The notes under the pieces are model-generated. The model searched no databases and was not told the origin of the DNA. It saw only the letters and a list, made by a program, of their open reading frames with translations. A stretch of 16,143 bases of DNA, taken from positions 64,001-80,143 of IMG/VR virus record IMGVR_UViG_3300005095_000172; one strand, given 5' to 3'. Source of the DNA: a virus (lineage: Duplodnaviria > Heunggongvirae > Uroviricota > Caudoviricetes). Shown here piece by piece: positions 1 through 7,280 of this stretch (within the stretch, counting starts at the first letter, position 1; each line of letters starts with the position of its first letter). The position numbers and the translations under genes were made by a program.

Positions 1-218
1 CCATTCACGCACATATCTCTCTTTCCTGCTTCTCCAGGGATGATATAAGTACTAAATCTAGCACCATTATTCACATTTACAATGTCCACTTTTTGACCGA
101 CTCTCATGTTTGCCTTTTCTACAAGTTCTGTATCAATCGTGATTGAACCTACATAATTTAAGTTAGCGTCAGTCACCGTCGCCCTGTGGATTTTTCCTGT
201 TACCATTTCAATAGTCAT
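1..218 (-). CDS. panD: Aspartate 1-decarboxylase (pyruvoyl-dependent), N-terminal 72 codons; 3' end runs off the window; not in ORF track
   Basis: Manual translation from ATG at 218: [74 protein letters not shown]9, H11, the G24|S25 self-cleavage site, R54, T57 and Y58 all fall at canonical PanD positions. AGGAGA RBS at 223-228. Confidence 0.96.
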   Translation of the reverse strand, partial: MTIEMVTGKIHRATVTDANLNYVGSITIDTELVEKANMRVGQKVDIVNVNNGARFSTYIIPGEAGKRDMCVN

Positions 219-241
219 AATTTCTCCTAATTTGTTTTGAG

Positions 242-778
242 TTATTTAACACCAAGGTCTTCTTTAATCATTTCATAAATTACATCCCATGTACAGTATG
301 GGTATTTATCACTTGGTGAGTTTAAGGAAGTTTTGATTTGAAAGACATTTACTCCTTCTTCGTACATTTCGTCACAATATCGCCTATAATCATCGACGAA
401 ATAATCACATTTCACGAACCGCTTATCAGCAGTAGAAATAAATCCTTCCATGTAAGGGAAATTTCTTCTAAGGAAGAATTTCTTAGAAGATTCGTGTTCG
501 GGCATACAAGCAGAAACAAATACTACTTTTACCCCTAAGTCATGAATTTTTTCAATGAAATACAATGCTGGCTCTAAAGCCATTAGATCGTCATAAAGTT
601 TAGGGTCTCTCCAAAATTTCAATGGGTCATCGTGTCTTTTCATAAGAGTTTCGAGATCATTATTCTCTGAGCTAATTTCCCCTATATCATGACCAGTAAG
701 TTTATGGTACCAATCTTTCCAAGGAGACACTGTATCAACTACTGTTAAATCGACATCTATCGCTATAATTTTTTCCAT
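242..778 (-). CDS. HAD-superfamily 5'(3')-deoxyribonucleotidase (NT5C-like)
   Basis: N-terminal [11 protein letters not shown] (DxDxT motif I), FVSA (motif II), K and FVDD (motifs III/IV); 178 aa; AAGGAA RBS upstream. Confidence 0.8.
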   Translation of the reverse strand: MEKIIAIDVDLTVVDTVSPWKDWYHKLTGHDIGEISSENNDLETLMKRHDDPLKFWRDPKLYDDLMALEPALYFIEKIHDLGVKVVFVSACMPEHESSKKFFLRRNFPYMEGFISTADKRFVKCDYFVDDYRRYCDEMYEEGVNVFQIKTSLNSPSDKYPYCTWDVIYEMIKEDLGVK

Positions 779-796
779 TTAATTCCTTTTAAAAGA

Positions 797-828
797 ATTA
801 TACCCATTTAACCTTATACTTTCCTTAA
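797..828 (-). promoter_or_regulatory. Putative sigma70-type promoter for the HAD/panD unit
   Basis: Minus strand TTAAG-N6-ATAAG-N10-TATAAT, the same architecture as three other intergenic sites in the window. Confidence 0.65.
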
Positions 829-838
829 AACGGTAATG

Positions 839-876
839 GTTACGATTTTTCGTAACTATCACCTATAAATCGTAAC
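839..876. repeat. Inverted repeats: 10-bp perfect arms 839-848/867-876 and a nested 7-bp hairpin 839-845/850-856; possible terminator or operator
   Basis: GTTACGATTT (839-848) is the exact reverse complement of AAATCGTAAC (867-876). TTTTTCGTAACTATC occurs at 846-860 and again at 921-935. Confidence 0.6.
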
Positions 877-1532
877 TATTCGAAGAGCTTAGTATTATCC
901 TCATTACCATCTTCATCATATTTTTCGTAACTATCTTCACTTTCAGTGTAACCACCTTCCACTCTTTCGTGATTCAATTTATTCTTTTTCATATACAAAT
1001 CATACATTTCATTTGGCTCCATTTCCGCATAATGACAAAGTGCATTGATAAGGAACATAAACATATTCAAAGACTCTTCTTTTTCAGTTTGAAGTATAGA
1101 AAGAGCAAATACTGATGTAGAAGCAATCAAGTCAAAACTAACTCCGCCAGAAACTTCTTCGTTAATAATTTCTTCACCTGATTCTTTATAACTCGTAGAA
1201 CAAGCGTTATAGTCTGTCATCAAAGCATTTAAGTCTTTATTGTACTTCACTATCAATGAGCTTAATGTAAAGTGAATCATATCTACTGCTTCAACTTTAT
1301 TGTTATTTTCATCATTTTCAAGGTATGGTTTCCACCATTTCCAACCAGTTTCTGTGTCACCAGTTCTTGGGGAACTTTCTAGTAATTCCCCTAATTCGGC
1401 AAAAAACGCACTCAAAAGGTGAGATTGTGGAATTTTTTCAGCCCAATCTTCACCAGAATATTTTACATTAAGTTCAGCTTGAGCCTGAACAATCTCGTTA
1501 AAATCATCAATTTCCATTATCTTAAAACTCAT
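876..1532 (-). CDS. All-alpha dimeric dUTPase/dCTPase (dUTPase_2 family)
   Basis: AELGELLES, WKWWK, VEAVDMIHF and YMKKNKLNHER..GY motifs of dimeric all-alpha dUTPases. Start revised from 1580 to the ATG at 1532 (AGGAGA at 1537-1542), which removes the overlap with the upstream gene. Confidence 0.88.
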   Translation of the reverse strand: MSFKIMEIDDFNEIVQAQAELNVKYSGEDWAEKIPQSHLLSAFFAELGELLESSPRTGDTETGWKWWKPYLENDENNNKVEAVDMIHFTLSSLIVKYNKDLNALMTDYNACSTSYKESGEEIINEEVSGGVSFDLIASTSVFALSILQTEKEESLNMFMFLINALCHYAEMEPNEMYDLYMKKNKLNHERVEGGYTESEDSYEKYDEDGNEDNTKLFE

Positions 1533-1554
1533 TTGATCTCCTATTTTAATTATT

Positions 1555-2550
1555 TTATCCTTTATACCACTTTGGTTCATTACCTTCTAAAGGACTCCCA
1601 ACAAACATTTCGGTCATGTCCTCTACATTAGAAACATCCCATTTGGAAATATCTTTACTGAATGATGAACCATAGAACATATAACTCATGTCAATCACAT
1701 TAGAAACGTCCCACTTAGAAATATCTTTATTGAACTTCGATTCGCTAAACATTTCATTCATATCCTTTACATTAGAAACGTCCCACTTAGATATATCTCC
1801 GTTGAACTTCGATTTACTAAATGTATAAACCATGATCTCTACTTTAGATACATTCCATTTAGAAATATCTCCGTTGAATTCAGAGTTGTTGAACATTCCA
1901 CTTATATCTTTTACTTTAGATACATTCCATTTAGAAATATCTCCGTTGAATTCAGAGTTGTTGAACATATCAAACATCTTCTCTACTTTGGATACATTCC
2001 ATTTAGAAATATCTCCGTTGAAAGATGAGTCATAAAACATAAAGCTCATATCCTCTACATTAGAAACGTCCCATTTAGAAATATCTCCGTTGAACTTCGT
2101 TTCTCTAAACAAGCTATTCATATCCTTAACTTTAGAAACATCAATGTCATTCAAGTCTGCTTTATTCCCTCTTTCATCTATCAAATCTACGATAATAGAC
2201 ATAAGTTCTTTACTATTATTAGGAAAGTAACTATATACTTGAGCAGGCTTAAGTTTCTTAGGAGAAGATACTTTTCTACCTAAGAACTTTTGTACTCCTG
2301 TTCCTTTTAGTTCTTTAATGGAATTTAATTTCTTGTCTACTTCATAAAACTCTCCGTCTTCTTTAAATCCAATTAAATACCCTTCTCTATTCCATATCAA
2401 AGTAATGTTATCATATTCTACTTCTAGAATATCTCCATCTGTTACGATGTTCATTTTCTTGGAATTAAGAGATTTCTTTACCATTCTCAAGTGTTTGTTT
2501 GCTTGAGAACCATTCTTCACTTCATTTATTAATTCTCTAATACCTTTCAT
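1555..2550 (-). CDS. DUF285/BspA-like repeat protein with a distinct ~110-aa N-terminal region
   Basis: Seven 24-aa repeats of consensus FNGDISKW(D/N)VS(N/K)VxxMxxMFxxSx, preceded by the cap DLNDIDVSKVKDMNSLF; GGAGA RBS. Confidence 0.88.
   Translation of the reverse strand: MKGIRELINEVKNGSQANKHLRMVKKSLNSKKMNIVTDGDILEVEYDNITLIWNREGYLIGFKEDGEFYEVDKKLNSIKELKGTGVQKFLGRKVSSPKKLKPAQVYSYFPNNSKELMSIIVDLIDERGNKADLNDIDVSKVKDMNSLFRETKFNGDISKWDVSNVEDMSFMFYDSSFNGDISKWNVSKVEKMFDMFNNSEFNGDISKWNVSKVKDISGMFNNSEFNGDISKWNVSKVEIMVYTFSKSKFNGDISKWDVSNVKDMNEMFSESKFNKDISKWDVSNVIDMSYMFYGSSFSKDISKWDVSNVEDMTEMFVGSPLEGNEPKWYKG
1600..2140. repeat. 72-bp-period tandem coding repeat (about 7 units)
   Basis: A 57-bp block is identical at 1840-1896 and 1912-1968, with a near-identical partial copy from 1984. 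The motif ccatttagaaatatctccgttgaa recurs at 72-bp intervals. Confidence 0.92.
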
Positions 2551-2590
2551 TTAATTCTCCCATTTTATTATTTTTAGTATTTAATTGGAA

Positions 2591-3121
2591 TCACCCACAA
2601 GCACACATCGCTCCATCTAATCCGTTACAACTTCTACAACAAGTACAACCAGAACAAGACGAACAACTAACACAAGCACTACATCCTGAACAAGCGTTAC
2701 AACCAATACAAGCATTACAAGATGAACAAGAACCACTACACGCAGTGCAAGAAGTACAAGAGTGACAATCATCACAAGATGAACAAGAAGAGCAATCTGT
2801 GCAAGTACCTGAACTCACACAAGAACTACAAGCGACACAAGAACTTAACTCACTACAATTATCTTCACAAGAAACACAATTCCTACAAGAAAAACAATCG
2901 TGGCAATCATTACAAGACACACAATCAGCGCAATTTATACACCCTATACATGAATCGCAATTATCGCACCTATGGCAATTGAAACAATTAGTACAACCTT
3001 GTAAATCAACACTAGAAAGAGTTAAGTTATTCTCATCTAAAAATTGTTGAGTTACACCATTTTCTCCTGAAGAAGCGTTCTCTTTAAAATCATCATAATC
3101 TTCAAATAAACTTACTGACAT
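2591..3121 (-). CDS. Cys-rich CxxC-repeat protein with acidic N-terminal segment; function unknown
   Basis: About 42 Cys in 176 aa by hand count, mostly every third residue. First ~42 aa are Cys-free and acidic. AGGAGA RBS 5 nt before ATG. Confidence 0.85.
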   Translation of the reverse strand: MSVSLFEDYDDFKENASSGENGVTQQFLDENNLTLSSVDLQGCTNCFNCHRCDNCDSCIGCINCADCVSCNDCHDCFSCRNCVSCEDNCSELSSCVACSSCVSSGTCTDCSSCSSCDDCHSCTSCTACSGSCSSCNACIGCNACSGCSACVSCSSCSGCTCCRSCNGLDGAMCACG

Positions 3122-3129
3122 GAAATCTC

Positions 3130-3228
3130 CTATTGTTCGTATTTTCTTTCGTGGTTTTTCTTACTCCATAAAACCAATATGTATATCAACGCCACTCCAA
3201 TAGTGGCTATAATTTCTATTGTATTCAT
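3130..3228 (-). CDS. 32-aa single-pass membrane peptide; not in ORF track
   Basis: MNTIEIIATIGVALIYILVLWSKKNHERKYEQ*. GAGGA RBS upstream. It fills the gap between its neighbours and has a ~18-aa hydrophobic stretch followed by a basic tail. Confidence 0.7.
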   Translation of the reverse strand: MNTIEIIATIGVALIYILVLWSKKNHERKYEQ

Positions 3229-3237
3229 AAAATTCCT

Positions 3238-3627
3238 CTAAAATTCATCTTCTTTCAACCATCTAAATAAGACATAATTAAAGACAAAAAGTTCTTTTCC
3301 GAGTTTTTTGGCTATGTCCATAGAATGTTTTGTTCCGTTTGAATCTCCGTCCCAAATAGATAGAACAATATTTGAGTCTTCTACAATTTGTCTATTTCTG
3401 ATGAACGCTGCTGGTCTTCCGAATTTTTCCCAATTCGGTTTATGAATTATAGTTTGAATTCCCTTAACTTTAGCATAATGCTCAGCCATAGTATCCACAC
3501 CTTTAGCCCCTCCGGAAATAATTAAATCTATTTGCTTCCCAATAAGAAATTTACCCATGATTTCAGTAAATAACTCATAATCATCGAAACTTCTACTTCC
3601 AACAATAGCTAATTTATAACCATCCAT
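3238..3627 (-). CDS. SLOG-superfamily protein (DUF2493/YspA-related)
   Basis: LAIVGSRSF, IISGGAKGVDTMA, NW.KFG..A..IRN..IV and WDG.S.GT..S motifs. Confidence 0.85.
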   Translation of the reverse strand: MDGYKLAIVGSRSFDDYELFTEIMGKFLIGKQIDLIISGGAKGVDTMAEHYAKVKGIQTIIHKPNWEKFGRPAAFIRNRQIVEDSNIVLSIWDGDSNGTKHSMDIAKKLGKELFVFNYVLFRWLKEDEF

Positions 3628-3645
3628 GTCTTCTCTTTTTAGAAC

Positions 3646-4818
3646 TTATAGCCATTCACTAATAGAACACTCATTATCACAAACTTCAGGTTCTTCAGTC
3701 GGAACATATCTATTTCTTGGTCTTCCTGTACCACGTCTAGCTGAAGTATATTTACCAAGTTCACAGAAACTATTTTCACACATCATCACATTTAGACATC
3801 TATCATATTCTGGTAGATGGTCAAATAGTTCATTGAAATCAACGCTAAGTCCTCTTTTATCCCATTCTTTTTCAATGTTGTCTCTTACCCAGAATAGAGC
3901 TTCTTCATAATTCATACCATCTTTATCGTCAAATAATAGGTCAAGCCCTCTATCACATCCTGGTCCAGAAACAGTGAATTCGTTTTCACTAAACTTATAT
4001 TCTGGGATATAAGTTAAGTCCACGAAAACTTGATATGCTAAGAACTTAGAAAATCCAGGAATTTCCTTCAATATTTCGTATGCTTCTTCTTGAGAAGAAG
4101 TTGATGAGACTCTTTGATGGATATTATTATCTCTTGCCCATTTAACTAATTCGAGCATCCTCATTCTCATATCATATTCATAGTCCTTTATTTTCCAATC
4201 AGGATTTTCCTTAATGAATTCCTTTGCTTCTTTCAGTTTCATTTTCTTTATTTCTTCAGAATTATAAACTTCCACCTCTATTTCAGAACTGGTACACTCA
4301 TAGTATCGTTGTTTAGGGAAACACCAAGTTGCTCTGATACCTCCTGTATTGAATGCAGGAGTGAACCATACAAACTTAGGGTCTTTTTCATTTTCTTCCT
4401 TTATAATTTCTCTTATTTTTTCCATATCTTCTTTGGTAAAATTTAAGATATCAAAATCACCAGGAAAATTCAATTTCTCTAAAGTTTTCGATTTATTAAA
4501 GGTTCTAAATAAAATACTCCATAAAACCTTTTCTTCTAAAGTAAGATTAGGATTTTCACTAACATTCTTAATCAACCACTTAGACTCTCTGTCTAATTCT
4601 CTTCTAACATTCGTGAATCTGTAGTTTTTGAATACTTCATCTTCAGTCCATTCTTCTTGTGGGAGCTTATAAATCTCCTTTCTTTTATAGATATTATGTC
4701 TCTCGTATATATACTGCCTATGGTATCTAAGAACTTCTTCATTTAAAGTCGGATTCGCATTCTTTATCTTATCTTCATCAACACCACAATAAGGTATGTC
4801 ATCTGGTTTTGTTTTCAT
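3646..4818 (-). CDS. DNA base hypermodification protein, aGPT-Pplase1 / HMUDK_hel (5-hmdU DNA kinase helical domain) family
   Basis: YIYERHNIY..K.....EWTEDEVF..YRFTNVRRELDRES, LFRTFN, FLAYQVFVDLTY, GPGC.RGL and ENSFCE..KY match my recollection of this HhH-glycosylase-fold family. No Walker A motif visible. Confidence 0.8.
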   Translation of the reverse strand: MKTKPDDIPYCGVDEDKIKNANPTLNEEVLRYHRQYIYERHNIYKRKEIYKLPQEEWTEDEVFKNYRFTNVRRELDRESKWLIKNVSENPNLTLEEKVLWSILFRTFNKSKTLEKLNFPGDFDILNFTKEDMEKIREIIKEENEKDPKFVWFTPAFNTGGIRATWCFPKQRYYECTSSEIEVEVYNSEEIKKMKLKEAKEFIKENPDWKIKDYEYDMRMRMLELVKWARDNNIHQRVSSTSSQEEAYEILKEIPGFSKFLAYQVFVDLTYIPEYKFSENEFTVSGPGCDRGLDLLFDDKDGMNYEEALFWVRDNIEKEWDKRGLSVDFNELFDHLPEYDRCLNVMMCENSFCELGKYTSARRGTGRPRNRYVPTEEPEVCDNECSISEWL

Positions 4819-4819
4819 T

Positions 4820-5338
4820 TTATACCCCTAATAATCTAAATTTATTCAGTAATCTAATAAGAATTCTATCTTTTTGAGAGATGATGAAGCTTTCTAGTTC
4901 TTCTTTTAAAAGGAAGATTTCTTTCTCATCCTTTGTTTCAAGGTGATACCCATAATCTCTTTCTGAAATTTTACCGTTTCTGAGCAACTCTGCTGTCCTA
5001 TAAACCTTTTTCGGAATAACTACAGCGACACTTGTTCTGATTCCAGCTAATGTTTCATCGTCTTCCGTAAAATCAGCCCAAGGATAGTCACAAATTTCAT
5101 CTAAAGTTTCTACAATTTCTTGAAGACTTTTAGAATTTCCTCCGTCAAGAGCAATGTGCGTTTTATGGTCTCTTGTCCAATCAGATAACATTAGGAACTT
5201 CTTTACTTCTGAGATGGGAACTGATTCTGGTAGCTTCGGGTCTCCATACTTCACAAATAGTTCAGTAGTTGCGTGTCCTGATTGAATCCCCTTAGCAATA
5301 GGGGATAGCATCGTGTGAGTGAATGTATATAATCTCAT
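4820..5338 (-). CDS. Conserved phage protein, probable peptidyl-tRNA hydrolase II (PTH2)-like fold
   Basis: GIQSGHA (cf. AAQxxHA), W...HKTHIAL (cf. W...KIVL) and FTED....G..TSVAV resemble the PTH2-like pattern. ATGA overlap with fcl. Confidence 0.5.
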   Translation of the reverse strand: MRLYTFTHTMLSPIAKGIQSGHATTELFVKYGDPKLPESVPISEVKKFLMLSDWTRDHKTHIALDGGNSKSLQEIVETLDEICDYPWADFTEDDETLAGIRTSVAVVIPKKVYRTAELLRNGKISERDYGYHLETKDEKEIFLLKEELESFIISQKDRILIRLLNKFRLLGV

Positions 5339-6273
5339 CTATTTTCCTTGTATCTTACTTCATAAATTTTACTTATACCTGAATATAAGTCCGTTTTAGC
5401 TTCCCAACCAAGAGATTTCAATACTGAATAATCAGTTGTTTTAATAGGAGTCCCGTTAGGCTTACTTGTATCGAAAATGATATCTCCTTTATAATTAAAA
5501 ATCCCTTTAACCATTTCAGCCAACTCTTTAATTGAAATTGAGAATTTACTACCTACATTCATGAAAGACACCACTTGATTTCTATCAACTTCTTCCATAA
5601 CAAATAAACACGCTTCAGCTAAATCATCTACGAATAAAAATTCTCTTATTGGACTACCGTCTCCCCAAAGAGTTACTGAGTCTTGATTAAGTTTCTTAGC
5701 TAAATGAACCTTCTCCATGATCGCAGGTAACACATGAGAAGTTTCTAAATCAAAATTATCATTTAATCCGTATAGGTTAGTCGGCATAAGTGAAATGAAG
5801 TTGTCACCGAATTGTCTATATAATGAGTCACACATTTCTAACCCAGCTATTTTTGCAATGGCATATGGTTTATTTGTTTCTTCTAATTCTGAAGTGAGTA
5901 AATGTTCTTCCTTCATCGGTTGAGGAGAATATTTAGGGTATACACAAGTGCTCCCCAAAAATAGAAGTTTCTTAACAGAATTCTGATGGCTATAATTGAT
6001 CACATTACTTTCTATCATAAGATTTTCATAGATAAAATCATATGGGTAAGAATTGTTGGCCACTATACCGCCAACCTTAGCGGCAGCAAGGAATACATAT
6101 TCAGGTTTCTCTCTTTCAAAAAACTCTTGCACAGCTCTTTGGTCAGTTAAATCTAAATCTTCTCTATCTTTTAAGATTAAGTTATTATAACCATTTTTTA
6201 TTAAAGTTCGCTTAATAGCTTCTCCGACTAACCCGTTATGTCCTGCTACAAAAATTCTACTATCTTTTTTCAT
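5335..6273 (-). CDS. fcl: GDP-L-fucose synthase (GDP-4-keto-6-deoxy-D-mannose 3,5-epimerase/4-reductase)
   Basis: VAGHNGLVG, AAAKVGGI.AN, FLGSTCVYPK, PYAIAK (YxxxK), PTNLYG.NDNF, SHVLPA and WGDGSP.REFL.VDDLA motifs. Confidence 0.96.
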   Translation of the reverse strand: MKKDSRIFVAGHNGLVGEAIKRTLIKNGYNNLILKDREDLDLTDQRAVQEFFEREKPEYVFLAAAKVGGIVANNSYPYDFIYENLMIESNVINYSHQNSVKKLLFLGSTCVYPKYSPQPMKEEHLLTSELEETNKPYAIAKIAGLEMCDSLYRQFGDNFISLMPTNLYGLNDNFDLETSHVLPAIMEKVHLAKKLNQDSVTLWGDGSPIREFLFVDDLAEACLFVMEEVDRNQVVSFMNVGSKFSISIKELAEMVKGIFNYKGDIIFDTSKPNGTPIKTTDYSVLKSLGWEAKTDLYSGISKIYEVRYKENR

Positions 6274-7280
6274 AAATAATCCTTTAATACCATTTCACTG
6301 ACTAACTGTTTAAATGAAAATTCTGGTTTCCATCCTAATTCATTTCTAGCTTTCGTTGAATCCCCAAGAAGTTGTTCAACTTCAGTTGGTCTGAAATATT
6401 CCCTATTCACAGAAATGACCTTTCTTCCCACATCAAAATTTCTATCACTCGAAGATTTCACTACTCCAATTTCATCAACGCCACTTCCAGTAAATTCAAG
6501 TTCTATACCGATTACCCTAAATGCCTCTTGGATAAATTCCCTCACTGAATGAAATTCCCCTGAACTAGCCACATAATCATCTGGTTCATCTTGTTGTAAA
6601 ATCAACCACATCATTCTTATATAGTCTTTAGCGTGACCCCAGTCCCTTTTAGCATCCAAATTACCAAGTTCTAAAATAAAATTTTTATCATCCTTCATTC
6701 TTTTTATTCCTTTGGTAATTTTCCTAGTAACAAATTCTTCTCCCCTTTTTGGTGATTCATGGTTGAAAAGAATTCCATTACAAGCAAAAATCCCATAAGC
6801 TTCCCTAAAATTCACTACTGACCAAAATGCGTGTAGCTTAGAAACAGCATATGGGCTTCTTGGATAAAATGGTGTGGTTTCACTTTGAGGAATTTCTTGG
6901 ACTAATCCAAAAAGTTCTGAAGTCGACGCTTGGTAAAATTTACTATCCAATTCCAAGAACCTGATTGCCTCTAAGAAATGAACGACCGATTTAGCATTTG
7001 TATCTACCACCAAACTTGGGACAGAAAAACTATTCTTTACATTCGTGATGGCAGCTAAGTTATAGATTTCGTGTGGTCTTACTTCATTCAAGACTGAAAC
7101 AACAGACTGATAATCTGTAATATCCCCATAATGAAATTTAACATTAAATTCCTTGATGTCTCCCAAATCTCTTGGAGACATCCTTATAAATCCATGAACT
7201 TCATACCCTAATTTATAAAGGTATTCTGTTAAATAATAACCGTCCTGGCCAGTAATTCCTGTTATCAGTGCTCTTTTCAT
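6270..7280 (-). CDS. gmd: GDP-mannose 4,6-dehydratase
   Basis: ALITGITGQDGYYL, YQASTSELFG, FYPRSPYAVSK, GILFNHESP.RG..FVTRKIT and LGNLDAKRDWGHAKDY motifs. Confidence 0.97.
   Translation of the reverse strand: MKRALITGITGQDGYYLTEYLYKLGYEVHGFIRMSPRDLGDIKEFNVKFHYGDITDYQSVVSVLNEVRPHEIYNLAAITNVKNSFSVPSLVVDTNAKSVVHFLEAIRFLELDSKFYQASTSELFGLVQEIPQSETTPFYPRSPYAVSKLHAFWSVVNFREAYGIFACNGILFNHESPKRGEEFVTRKITKGIKRMKDDKNFILELGNLDAKRDWGHAKDYIRMMWLILQQDEPDDYVASSGEFHSVREFIQEAFRVIGIELEFTGSGVDEIGVVKSSSDRNFDVGRKVISVNREYFRPTEVEQLLGDSTKARNELGWKPEFSFKQLVSEMVLKDYL

Noticed and set aside
302-309. T4 late-promoter-like ATAAATA upstream of panD
   Set aside because: It is a single imperfect match inside a CDS in AT-rich DNA, and is expected by chance.
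1533-1580. Extended dUTPase N-terminus given by the ORF track
   Set aside because: It overlaps the DUF285 gene end. The ATG at 1532 has a strong AGGAGA RBS.
1600-2140. 72-bp repeats as a CRISPR array or DGR template/variable repeats
   Set aside because: They are in-frame protein repeats without unique spacers. Differences are not confined to adenines, and no cas or reverse transcriptase gene is in the window.
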